A model generated the notes under the pieces. The model saw only the letters and a list, made by a program, of their open reading frames with translations. It had not been told where the DNA came from and ran no database searches. A stretch of 64,000 nucleotides of DNA from Lama glama (Eukaryota): positions 30,630,001 through 30,694,000 of the forward strand of contig CM052816.1 in NCBI GenBank assembly GCA_028534125.1, in the 5' to 3' direction. Below are positions 12,913-25,039 of this stretch, one piece after another (the stretch's first letter is position 1; each line of letters opens with the position of its first letter). The position numbers were made by a program, and so were the translations under genes.

Positions 12913-13735
12913 AATTCTCTGCCATTATCTCTTTAAACATTTATTCTGCCTGATTTTCTCTCTCTTGTCCCTTTAGGGCTCCAATTACTCTTGTGTTAGA
13001 CTGTTTAATATTGCCAGTACTTGTTAGTTACTCCATTCTATTTTATATTTGTATTCTTGGTTTTTCCTTCTTTTCCATTTGAATAATTTTAATTGGTCTT
13101 CTAAGTCACTATAGTTTTATCCTTTTGTGCTCAGTCTGCTAATAAACTGAAATAATTCTTCATCTCTCTCTCTTTCTTTAACTTCTGGCATTTACATTTG
13201 ATTTTTAAATAATTTTCATTTCTATGCCAAAATTCTTGATTTATTCACTCATGTTTTCTAGATTTTCTACCATTTCTTGTAACTTACTAACTGGTTGTTT
13301 TCTTATCCTTTTTTGAATAATTCCAACCAAGGGGTTTTCTTTGAGTCTGATTTGGTTAACTAGCTTATCATTTAACAGTGGATTACTTTTTCTGGTTTTT
13401 TTCATGAGCCAATTAAAAAAAAATTAAACTCTGTCTATTGTATGTTGGAAGGACAGTAGAGACTAAAGGCAATAGTATTTAAAACTAGAAATGGGCATGC
13501 CTCCTCTGTCAAGCTGTTAGAGTGTGTGGGGATTAAATCAGGAAGTCCATCTGGTCAGTAGTTAAACTGAGCTTCTTGGACTTTTGTTGCCATATTTAAC
13601 TTCAATGTAGTGCCCTGAAGTGATCTTATTTAGTCTGGCTCCTGGAGTGGAGTGTCGTATGACCTCAACTCTCTGATGGTCTCAAGAAAAGTTATGATTT
13701 TGTAGATTTTCTAGATTTTTCTTTTTATTAAAAGA
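12913..13735 (-). mobile_element. Ancient L1 5'UTR/ORF1 fragment
   Basis: aaattctctgccattatctcttt...ctccaattactcttgtgttagactg (ORF1-region antisense) and tgacctcaactctctgatggtctcaagaaaagttatgattttg (old L1 5' end). Confidence 0.65.
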
Positions 13736-14799
13736 GAACCAGCAACATAGAAGCAGACTGCCTCCTCAGATGATTTTGTTGACACATCAATGCCGCTAAA
13801 ATACAGCTCTGGGCTTTCACTCCACATTAAGGTCAGAACGACAAGAAAGTACAGTGAAAAGTAAGTTCTCCCGTTTTAGTTTCTCCTTTTCCAATTCCCA
13901 CTTCATTTCAGACACATTTCTTTTGTTTGGTGATGTCAAATTAAGAATACTCCAAGCTAAAATAATTCTTTTAAAAAGGAAAAGGAAAATATCAATGTTT
14001 GGGAAGATGTTATAAAATTCTCCTTGGAAACCATGTGATATTACTTCCCACGTCAGCGCAAATGACTTTTGGACTTGTTAACTATGGAAATTTGCCTTAC
14101 ATCCCATCCGGCCTGGGATGTAGATAAATAATCATAGAGAAACTATGCCAAAATGTATGAGAAGAGACTTCCCATTGTCTTATAAATTTCCCAGCTGAAG
14201 TGGGAAGAAAAACAGCACTGTTTTAACTCATTCTCTCACCAATCCCAGAGACTACACAAGCCAGAGAATCTCCCTCTCCCATCTCTGGCATATGTTTAAA
14301 ATCCTGTGTCCCTACTGATAAATTAACAGTAGGAAGCAATACAAGGGGAGGATATATACATTCTCTTTCATGAGCGGTTTTCTTCTAAAATCTAGCCTTC
14401 AGCCATAAAAGCCCAGAAATTCCTTTTCTTAGCTCACTCAGAGGCCATTGGACTTGAATGCTTTTCACAAATCCTTACTAATAACTGAAATGCAAATTAT
14501 TTATTTATTTAAAATAAAATCATGACTGGAAAGCCTTTGCTCTATGCGTGGCGTATAGGATATTCTCAATAAATATGGACTTCTTCCCTGTCATTATGAT
14601 AACTGTTGTCATTACTTTTGTAACAAAAGACAGACTGAAGCCAGGACAATGATCAGTTTTTGATGAGACGTGGCAGAGTGAGCTGGCTGTCCCCCAAAAC
14701 TCATGCTGCCTCGCCTCTAACAGAGTCACTGACGGGAGGCAGCTGTCCACTCGGCCGTTTTACTGCCCAGACTCTCTTGTGTCTTCGTGCAGTCATGTA

Positions 14800-15095
14800 C
14801 CTAACTCTCACCAATATGAGTAGCAAGGATATGTGTTCCTTTGGGACCAAGGGTTTTGAAGAGGCAGGTGCCTCCGTGTGCTTTCTTTCTCTTTCCACAG
14901 ATGGATTAAGATGCCGTGTTCGGTGCACTAGGCCTGGTACAGCTACAAGATGGAAGAATCTTGTCTGTGGAATTACTGCACTGAGGATTGCCACCTTGGA
15001 CTCTTGTGAGCGAAAAATGAATGTCTTTTATGTTTAAGCCTTTTGTACTTAGGGATTTATTTGTGACCACAGGTAATGTTATCTTGACTAATATA
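14800..15095 (+). mobile_element. ERVL-MaLR LTR (MLT1I/J-like) 3' part
   Basis: gctacaagatggaagaatc ... tatgtttaagcc...gggatttatttgtgaccacag...ttgactaatata is a typical MLT1 end. Confidence 0.65.
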
Positions 15096-15102
15096 GTAAC
15101 CC

Positions 15103-15369
15103 CAGACTACTCAAAGAATGGTCTACAAAAGTCTGCAAACTGTTACTGGTCTGTGACACTTTAAGTATAGAAACTGAGAGAAACAATTTAGGAGATTAAA
15201 AACAACTGGACAGTGTAATTTTTATGTCTGTTGAACATATTTTTTAAAATTTGGCTTGTATTTTACATATCATTTTATTTCATTTTTTCTATTTTTATTG
15301 GATTTTATATCGGTCTCTGATGTATTAATTTTTTAAAATAGTCTTTTAATATGGTTTGAGTAGCACTTG
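15103..15369. mobile_element. hAT-Charlie-type non-autonomous DNA transposon
   Basis: Terminal inverted repeats ctactcaaa (15107) and tttgagtag (15355) enclose an AT-rich core. Confidence 0.6.
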
Positions 15370-16327
15370 ATTAAAATGCTGCTGTTGTCCCTTGCAGAAA
15401 TAGCATTCTCTTTCTAGAGCACTCTCAGCACCTGCTTCCAGATAAATAACCTACATAAGCACCTTCTCAATGAAACCTGAAAGCCTCATCCCCTTCCACT
15501 CAAAGGGTGAATTGTGCCAAACATCTTAGCTTAACAAGAGTACCCTTCTGCAGGGAATATTTTTGGCTGTCAAAAAATGATTTCCAAATTTCTCATAGGC
15601 TCTGAATTCTTACCTTCATTATTCACAACTGCCACTTCTACCTCTTAATAGTCCATTGATTCTTATTAATTATAATCAAAATATCCTTCCTTTTGACCTT
15701 TGCCTGAATTGCCTTTAACCTGGGTCCTGTCTACCTTAATGAGTATTCTCACAGGCCCTTTTCCACTTCCTCCGAAACTCCCTGGCCCCTTACTAACTGT
15801 AAAATAAACAAAGTGGCCCCGTGGCTTTGAATGTCCAGTCTTGATGCTCTGCAAAGCTTGTACATCACGTGTGTGTCTTTTCCAACAGAGATTCGTCCTT
15901 TAGTTCACTTTTAATATCTAGAGCAAACATTTTTTTTAAATTAAATAATTTTATATCTTTGTAATGTGGTTGACATCGTCAGTTACACGACAGCAATTTC
16001 AATAATTTGACTTTCCTTTGGCAACATGAGGAAGGTTCATCCAAACACTAGGCTCTATAGAGAATGCAGTATTTGAGCCGGAGAAGGTCTCTTTTCTCAA
16101 ACTGCTTTTAATGCCAATTACCACAATATAAGATAAAATGATGAGGCGTCTTTCTAATATCCAGTTATTCAACATGCTGCATTGTAAATACCTTTACATT
16201 TATTTTTGTCTTCTTCAACAGATGCTCTTATGTTCCTCAAATGCAATGAAATGTTACCTTTTCTCTCTTTTTTATTTTTACTCATCTTTTAAGTTTTTTT
16301 CTATTTTTATCCTTATCTCTTTGTTAC

Positions 16328-16466
16328 TTTTTTTTGGAAGGGGAGGGAGATAATTAGGCTTCTTTATTTATTTTAAAAAATTTTTAATGAAGGTACTGAA
16401 GATTGAACCCAGGACCTCGTGCATGCTAACTAACCACATACTCTACCACTGAGCTATACCCTCCCT
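16328..16466 (-). mobile_element. Camelid tRNA-derived SINE (vic-1-like)
   Basis: Minus strand reads GGAGGGTATAGCTCAGTGGTAGAG...GCATGCACGAGGTCCTGGGTTCAATCTTCAGTACC (pol III A and B boxes), then an A-rich/CCTAATTA tail and poly(A). Confidence 0.85.
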
Positions 16467-16689
16467 CCCTTAACTTTTCTCTTTCTTTAGAGAAATAAAT
16501 ATGATTTATCCTCAGTTTTTTCAATTGGCATAAAGCAGGCATTCAGTAAATGCTTATTTTTAAAGTCTTTGAACTGCTCTTTTGGGAGACAAGAATCTTT
16601 ACTGGACTATAATGATAGAATCTTAGGGCTGGATACCTATCTTCTCTACCATCTAAGGGCTGGTAACTGCCACCTAGTAAAAATGCCAT

Positions 16690-16860
16690 GGTTTGCAGAG
16701 CCAGAGGCCGCTAGCTTGAAATCCTTTCCCCACTGTTCAGTCTTGGGTGAATTTAAGCTTACCGGTCCGCCTGTTTCAGCCTCAATTTCTTCAATTGCTA
16801 AAATATGCCTCTCACGATTTTATCTCAGAGATTAAATGTTTGTCAAATAGGTGGCAATTA
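16690..16860 (+). mobile_element. MIR SINE, decayed
   Basis: gagccagag...tcttgggtgaattta...gcctcaatttcttcaattgctaaaat...gagattaaatg. Confidence 0.5.
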
Positions 16861-18239
16861 CTAGGCCAAGAATATAAAAGGACTATTTTTCACCTGGTTT
16901 AATTCCAATTGTTTTATTCATGCTACTGAGAATCAGCAAAGCAATGGGACTTGTCCAGAAATAACTTGTAAGTTAATGTAGCAAAGCTGGCCAGAAAATA
17001 CTTACAGCCTCAGTTTTGCGGTGGCTTCAGGTCTCTTTCTAAGGATTATTTAGCCCTAAGGTACTTCTCTCAAAGGTTAGGTATCCAAAATAAAGTTATA
17101 AGAAAAGATGGAGTGAAAAAACTTACAAGAAACACATCTGATGTTATAAATGAAAACCTCAAAGCCCTACAAAAAAAATCATATTATTTGGTTTTATAAG
17201 AACTATGTTCTAATCTAAAAGTCCTTTAAGTACCCACAGGAAGAAGGCAGTAGTCCACTGTTTATGGAGTAGACCAGTGGAAAACATTGAATATTCTTCA
17301 TTAGAAACATTTGCAGGGAGGTAAATATTTACTTAAGTACCTGTAAATGCAAGGTACTCACAGTTTCATGAAAAAGCATCTCTATAACATGGAAACACTC
17401 TGAAGATGTTCAACTCAATGTGTCATCATTCTCTCTGCCAATGTCGTGTTTATGTATCTTGCTAACCCAACCTCTCATCTCAGCTTTGCTCCATGACTAA
17501 ACACTTTCCTTTCATCTTCTCTTTTCATTCAAATCCACTTGCTTGTGAGGGGATCTGGGAAGTAGTTTAGAGAAACAAAAACGAAGAGTTTTTCCTCTAG
17601 ACGTGGCATGGGCTACTGAAAAGAGACATTTCAGATTTAACAGTCTTAGTTTGGAATTTATTAGAATCAAAGCAGATGTGGCATTGTTATACCTTGATGA
17701 CCTCTGCATAATTTAGAAGGATGTGAAGTGTGCTTTTTATGAAGATGACGATGCCAAATGCTTACAGATGCTGATAGCAGTACTGGAGAAATTGGAAGCC
17801 ATGTTATTGTCAAATCATATAAAAATGTAAAAATGTGACTGTGTGTATGTGTGTGTGTGTTTTCACTTTTCAGCAGCAGGGAACGATGCCACAAGGGAAA
17901 GTCTGGTCTGTAGTGAGGTAAAAGAAGAAAAATAATCATACTGATTTGAGGTTATGTTGTTGAAAGAAAAATAATGGAAAGAAAAATATATAAAAGGCTA
18001 GTGAAACTCACAAGAGGCGGCACTGGTCATAATTTTAACGGGTAAAACCTGTTATTCTCTGTAGCCTGCTCTGTGGTCCTTCCGAATTTCCATACATGTT
18101 TTATTTCTCTGGTTGTCACCTTTTGCCATAATATTTCTAGACTCCAAACACTTGCCTTTTTCATTTCTTTCTGGGCAGAGATATCAGCACATTTGCGAGA
18201 TTGCTGGTCACTACAAACAGGCTGCTTCCTTTAAAAAGT

Positions 18240-19166
18240 GCATGATCTCACTTATATGGGGAATCTTAAAAAAATCAAACACATAATAGCAGAGAGGCGA
18301 ATGGGAGTTGCCAGGGGCTGGAGGGTAGGGAAAATGGGAAGATGTTGGTCAGAGGTCACAAAGTTTCCATTATGAAGGGTGAATAATTCTGGAGATGTAA
18401 ATCATGGTGACTATAGTTAATAACACTGTAATAGAGAAGAACAAATCTGACTCCATATTGGATCTGTTCCTTTAGCTTTGACCACTGTGCCCTGTTTTCT
18501 AGGCTTAGTCTTGCTAGCTCTGCACATTTTGTAAAACAATGTTGATTTCAGCCTGAAATATACAGGAAAGCATATTCTCGGGGCTCTGACCTTTAAGGAT
18601 GTTAGCACTTCTGCACTTATGTTGCAAAATAGAGAATAACCTTTGTTTTGTTGGAGGTTTACAGGGACACTATGGCCTGACCCACATGGATGGCTGAAAG
18701 AACAAAGAATTCCTGAAGCAAGAAGTTTGCAACAACCAACCACACCCCCGCCCCTATTTTTTTTTTTTTTTAATAAAAGGAGCCTGTATTCTGACTGGAG
18801 GAGGATAGTTCTCCAAGACATTAGTCTGCCATCCTCTCGGTCTGCTGGCTTTCTGAATAAAGTCGCTATTTCTTGCCCCAACACCTCGTCTCCTGACTTA
18901 CTGGCTTGTTGTGCGGTGAGCAGAACAAGTTTGGACTCGGTACCAGCACTGTATCATATACTTGCAATTTACTAGAAGATTAGCTGTCTAGTATTCTCAT
19001 TACACACACAATAATATGGTACCAATGTGAGGTGACAGATAAGTAAATGAGCTTGATTATGGTAATCATTTCACAATGTATATGTATATCAAAATATATT
19101 CTGTGCTCCTTAAATATATACAATTTGTGTTTGTCAATTATACTTTAATAAAGCGAGAGGGAAAAA
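18240..19166 (+). mobile_element. L1MA-like (L1MA8-10) 3' end, split by a solo LTR
   Basis: gcatgatctcacttatatg...gttgccaggggctgg...ggtgactatagttaataa // ggtaatcatttcacaatgtatatgtatatcaaa...tttgtcaattatactttaataaag. Confidence 0.9.
18427..18945 (+). mobile_element. Solo LTR, probably ERV1 class (519 bp)
   Basis: TG...CA termini, 4-bp TSD acac/gcac, TATA-like taataaaagg at 18771 and AATAAA at 18856. Removing it restores contiguous L1 sequence. Confidence 0.85.
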
Positions 19167-20091
19167 AGGAAAGAGATATTTTTCCAGTGCTTCTAGCCAG
19201 GCCCGTCTCAGAGCTGATCTAATTTTACTTGAGGTGAAGATAGCTACTCTGCTTCAGTCTCAGTGATTCCCCTCCCTGATGAAATCCTATGGTGCTGACA
19301 AACTCGCTCTCCTTTGTATGTCCCTATATTTTCATTGGTCTTTCTATTAAGTGGAAGGCACCCAGAGCATCTTGATAATATCATTTTCTTAATGTCCAGT
19401 GACACCTAAACTTGGGTTTATGATATAGTAAATGGTGGCTAGTAGGCAAATTTGTATACAAATTAATATGTTAAATGGTCAGAGAGAAGTAAAAATAGGT
19501 AATTTCTTGCTGTCAAGGGTTTACAGTTTTACCCTGGGGAAATGGCAAGTGTATGACACTTCTTACACTGTGCACACTTATCTCTGGGTGCTCGCCTGAC
19601 GGACAAAGGAGCAGATTTGAGACAGAGGCTTTGCCTGGGAGAAGTAAGGAAATGTTTTACAGATATATCCTCTACGATTGGTCCCATTATTATAAAAAGA
19701 GCCATTATTTAATTTATTAGACACTTTCTATATGCCAAGTGCACTGTTAAGTGTGTTTTATTCTCAGTGTGGGAAAGATAGCACTGTATCCTCTAGCATT
19801 AGAATGATGAGTGATCCTAAATCTGGTGGGAAGCAGACCCAGTGAACCCAGGATTCTAATTTTACAAGTTATGCCCCGATTCTGAATCTTACTGGTTATG
19901 GCTCCATGAGGCCCGCCTCTGTTAAAGAATGAGAAAGAATTTACCAGGCAGAGAAGAGAGAGGAGGTCTCTGGGAGCTCTGGTTAAAAAGGCATCATCCA
20001 TGTTACGAAAGGTCAGCAGGTAGCTGGAGCACATACAGCATCATAAAGTTGCTTTTAAGCTGGGCTTGAATGATGAACTGAACACATTCTG

Positions 20092-20610
20092 ACTTGGTGG
20101 CCATTGTTAGCTTCTCAGTATTCTTCCCTTTCATCTTCCAAATAGAAACTTAAATTTCCCAGCTATGATGTTTGGATGAGAAAAGCCCCCATCTAAAATT
20201 AGGGAAGTGAACCCTAATTTGACACTGCTAACAAACATATCCCTAATTCCCAGCCATAGTGGGCATTGGATGTAACTCAAGCCAATCAGGTCAATGAGAC
20301 TCAATTCGGGAAGTAATAAAGTATGGGGAAAATAACAGTTTCCCTTTTTCACTGAATATAAATGAGGGTACATACAGCCTCTGTAAAGGATGACAGCGAT
20401 TTGTGGGTTACGAGGGGAAAGCCTGCTGGAGACAGGTGTCAGTAATGAGGCAGCAGTCCTAAAACTCCAAAGAGAGAAACACATTGGTCGTGTCATTCAA
20501 ATCCTTGATCAAACCTCCCCTCAAGTTCTCATCTGTCTGAGTCACTGAATTCCTTTCATTGTTTGAAGTTTAAGTTGGGTTCTCTCACAACTGAAATTTA
20601 TCAATAAACA
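20092..20610 (+). mobile_element. ERVL-MaLR LTR (MLT1K/L-like)
   Basis: tgtaactcaagccaatcaggtcaatgagactcaattc; ends aattcctttcattgtttgaagtttaagttgggttctct...aataaaca. Confidence 0.65.
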
Positions 20611-20774
20611 CTTCATAAGACTCAATGCAGCTGCACCTGCCCAGAAACACAAGTGGAAATGCTGGTTTTCAATATAAAGAAATATGACAAACACATGCTG
20701 GAAAGCAAAGGATGGAAGCAGCTCTTTTTTATCTCTTTCTTTTTTTTTTTTTGATAGATGTTGGCAAATGAAGA

Positions 20775-20975
20775 AACTAGTATTTATTAATAACTACTGA
20801 GTGCCAGGCACTGAGTCAGTTACTGTCGTGTATGTTACCTTATGTAAACGTTCCGATTCTATGAAACAGCCATATCATACCTATTTTATGGGTGAGTCTC
20901 TGAGAGCTTAGAGAAGTTGACCAAGGTCATGCAGCTAAAAAATGATGGGGCCATGAGTAAAAGTCGTATTTTTTC
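20775..20975 (-). mobile_element. MIR SINE
   Basis: gtgccaggcactg...cctattttatgggtgag...ccaaggtcatgcagcta is the MIR core in antisense. Confidence 0.7.
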
Positions 20976-21980
20976 TACCTAGGAATCCCACGTGTGCAAT
21001 GAGATGTAATAAAAATCTTCAATATGGAACTGTCAGCTAGAGGAGCATGGAGTGTAACTAGTCCAGTGTAAACTGTGAGGCAAAAGAGCATAATTAGTCT
21101 GTAGGAGACTCAAACCTCTCCCTCTCTCTCTCTCAGGGTATCTTAGAAAAGCCATCCCAATTAAGAAGTTAGAGATGGGTTGATACAGAAATAGCCAGAG
21201 ATCACTGACAAAAGAGACAAGTGTCCCTGGGGATCTGAAGGTGTGTGGCTTTGTTACTGAACTAATAGTTGCATTTGGGCACCTTTTTTATTTCCAGGCT
21301 CATTTCCTGGGATTATCATCTGCCCCAGTGAAGCATTTCCCCCAGATGATTCAGGGACATTTCTGACTCCTTCGGCAAGACTTGGTAGAGAACTGATTAT
21401 TTCAATGAAAATAACGTCTTCTTTTTAAGAAATCAATGCCCAGGAACTTAAAGCATTGAAATTTATGATCTGTAAGACTTAAAGTCATAAGTCCCAGAAA
21501 TACGTTCTAGTTAGCATTAATACTAGCTAATACTAAGTAAAATTGCTAAAGTAATCTGCTAAACACACTCGTGCAGATAAGGCCCAGCTATTTTGCTCCT
21601 CTTCTTAAGGATGGTGGGTTTGGTTTTGGGGGTTTGTTTTGTTTTGGCTTTTGTCTTTTGACAAGGAGCAAAGGCATTACCCAAGGATCTCAAACAACTT
21701 CCTGCACAGCCTAGAAGGAAACATAAATGAGTGGAACAGATGAGGTGGAGAGGCCACCTAGAGAAAAGCCAGTCTGAAGGGAAGACCTAGGTGAATAGGA
21801 CCCCTTGGGACCCAAGTCTATTATTTCAAGAGCTTGTGATCTTTTAAGAGAATCCAGAAAACTAATTTTAGATAAACACTCCTAATATTGAAATGCCATC
21901 AACTCATCCATTCATCTGTAGACTCTTCTGATCACCAGATTTCTGCCTCTAATTTTACCCCCAATATGGAACTTTAACAT

Positions 21981-22017
21981 GTTTTTTTGTTTGTTTGTTT
22001 TGTTTTGTTTTGTTTTT
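21981..22017. repeat. (GTTT/GTTTT)n simple repeat
   Basis: Seen directly. Confidence 0.85.
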
Positions 22018-24009
22018 ATCATAAGCCACCAGCTTTGTGTCACCTGCCCCATAATAAATCTGGCCATCCTGCAAGTCTTTTTTAAATCATGGCCAAGTGA
22101 GGGAAATAAAAAATGGCAAAGCCACCTTTCCTGAATTGACAGAAAAGCCACAAGCTGTAAAGGGAGCTTTGAAGCCCAAAGGCCCTGGGCACCGATAGTG
22201 ACAGGTAATAAAGCCATAATTGCAACAGTGCCTATAATGTCAAGTTAGGTGTAAGAAGGGTCTTAAGATTGACATGCAGTGATTGGTGTCACACTTGAAA
22301 GCAGATTTTTGAAGCTGAATAGAATAAACAAGCTTTTTAATGACACAACAAATGCTTTCAAAATATAGACTCTGTCAAGGGTTGTTTTTAACCTAGAACC
22401 AGCTATTTTTAATGTGTCAGGGAAGATTACCCTATTGATCATGGAAATAGAAGCCATTTCATGAAATTTTCTTGGCCCTGATCACTATCAAATAATTGCA
22501 GGAAATTACTTCCCATTGGTGTTTGAAAGGCTTTTGGGGAGTCTATCTGCCCATTTAAACTAGTTTTGTGTGTCACTGGATCCTTGTGAGGTAATGGATG
22601 TATTTTAATTACATTCAAATTGCCAGGCTTTGTGTGCAAGGTGCACATTTTTGCACTGAAAGGAAAAGCAATCAGCATTTTTTAATAAGGAAAATCTTTA
22701 GCTCTGACTTTGCTATCATCGCGTATCTTATCTTGGTTTGGGGGACGATGTGGTTGACACTTAAAATACGTAGTGTGCCGAGCAGAGGGTAAATATACTT
22801 CTATTTCTTCACAGAGATAGGCTTTTTGATGGAAGAAAATTTGTGAAGTGAGAATGATGAGATTAAATTTTAACAGCAATCATGACAGCTGACATGACAT
22901 GAGCACTTTTATATCTCGGCCGAATCCAGAAGAGATGCCACGCAGCCTAGATTTCTTCAAGGAAAGGAAAACTCTGTAAGAAAGTGTGAGTTAAGAGGCC
23001 AGCCTCCTGAAGCCTGTAAGCATTAGAGCCTGGAGACAGACAGGTTCCTACAGGATCACAGGCCAGTGCTCTTACCATGGGCTCCCTGGCCTATGCAAAA
23101 AGTGGATGGAAAGTCTTGAAAAATCAAGAGTCCTTTAGGAAAAAAAAAATGGATGAAGGAAAGTCAAGGGCTTCAGTTTCCTCTGATTGGTGAGAAAGGA
23201 AACATTTCTCTATTTGTCAAAGAGCTGGTAGGTGGTAGAAATCTTCCTGTGTGGCTTCCATATGTAAATGTGTTTAAGCACTCAAGAGATATTTATAAAA
23301 CTGCAAGGGAAAAGGGAGAACACAATAGGTTTGTATATCCTGGCACATCATACAAAGCATTGTCTTTGCACAATCTTTCTAAGCATTTCCAACAACAAAT
23401 TCATCTTTTCACTCCAACCTCCCTATGTTGAAAGAAGAAATAATACAGTCTAGAAAAAAATGCTATAGCTATAGCCAGTGGACTGGATTTAGGAACCCCA
23501 TACTAACCAGGGAAAAAAGTGGGATAGGTAGAATCCGGGGACCACTCCAGCTATAAGGCAACACGGAACAGAGTGGCTTGCAGATTATCTGAACACTCAG
23601 GGAAACATCCTGAGCCAACGTGAACTGTATTCCTTGATGATAGTGCTGAATTCTAAGCTTCACTGGTTAGTGCAATAAAGCTGGTAAACACACCAGCCCT
23701 ACCACCACTAGCTCAGGACCTTGGTGAAGATTGAATCACAGTAGGGTGGGAGTTTCAAGGATTTTTGATACGAAGACTGAGTAAAACAGGTATCAACAGA
23801 TTCATGGTAATATCTGTAGACTTAGAATCGTGGATTAGGAGTCTCTTTGAAGTATTTGGTCTAGCTTTTGCCACCATGTACATTTCTCTGCCAGCCAGGA
23901 CTAATGAAACTTTTTACCTAAACACAGATGCAGAATGTAACATGTCTTTATTCCCCACCCCACCACCTCAATCCCCACCAAGTTTAAAGAGAGGAAAAAA
24001 CAGAAAAGT

Positions 24010-25030
24010 AGGTTTTTCTTCTTTTCTAATATAAGCACTTAACTCTATACGTTTCCTATAAATGCTGCTTTAAGTGCACCTTGCACGTTTGTGATCTATT
24101 TTATTATCATTCAGTTTCAAATTTTTTATAAATTCCCTTGTTTTTCTTTTCTTTGATCCATGAGTTATTTAGTAGTGTGATGCTCAGTATTCAAATACTG
24201 GGGGCTTTTCAACATACCTTATTATTGCTGACTTCTGATTTAATTCTCTTACTGTCAGAGATTGTATTCTGTAGGAATTCAATCACTTATATTTTATCAC
24301 TAATTTTACAGTCCATTTTTGATGAACAGACCATGTCTACTTGGAAATATTTTATCCTACTTTTGTTGTATGTACTGATACGTAAGTTCAATTAGAGAAT
24401 GGCAAGGTAGATTGCAATGTTTTCAACAAGTCTTTTATATCTTTATTAATCTTTTTGTCTAGTTTTCTTCCAAATACTGATGCAGGTTGTTAAGATCTCC
24501 AACTTTTGTCTTTTTGTGGATTTTGTCTTTTTTCTCCCATTAGTTCTGCCAATTTCTGTTTCATACATTTTAAAGCTTTGTTATTGGATGCATGTGCATT
24601 TGTGATCTTTAAGCCTTCCTTTAGGTCTGAACTTTTTTTGTAATTACCTTTTGTCATTATCTCTTGTAATAGGTGTCTTGAAATCTATTTTATCTGATAA
24701 AAATATAAGCACTATGGCTTTATCATGCTGTTTACAAGACATTTTTTAAATTGTAATTTTACTTCAAGCTATCTGTGTCTTCATATCAAAGTCCGTCTTT
24801 TGCCATTAATATATTTCATATCTTGTTTTCTTAACCAATGTTTGCTCCATTTGCATTTGATAAAATTATTGATATTAATTGATTTAGACATTTTACTATT
24901 TTCTATCCAAGTCACCTGTTTGTTGTTCTTCTTTTCTTTCTACCCTGCCTTTCTCTGATTATTCAATATTTTATTAGAATTCCAATTTAAATTAATCTAT
25001 TGATATTCAAGTTACTTCCTTGCTTTTTTT
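24010..25030 (-). mobile_element. Ancient L1 ORF2 5' (endonuclease-region) fragment
   Basis: tctttgatccatgagttatttagtagtgtg; tgacttctgatttaattctcttactgtcagag; tttctgtttcatacattttaaagctttgttattggatgcat. Confidence 0.75.
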
Positions 25031-25039
25031 TTTCAAGTC

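Noticed and set aside
14098..14122. 9-bp perfect hairpin TACATCCCA/TGGGATGTA
   Set aside because: A few stems of this length are expected by chance in 64 kb, and it is too short for a pre-miRNA.
16395..16466. tRNA gene
   Set aside because: The tRNA-like head has a disrupted anticodon arm and a SINE tail with poly(A).
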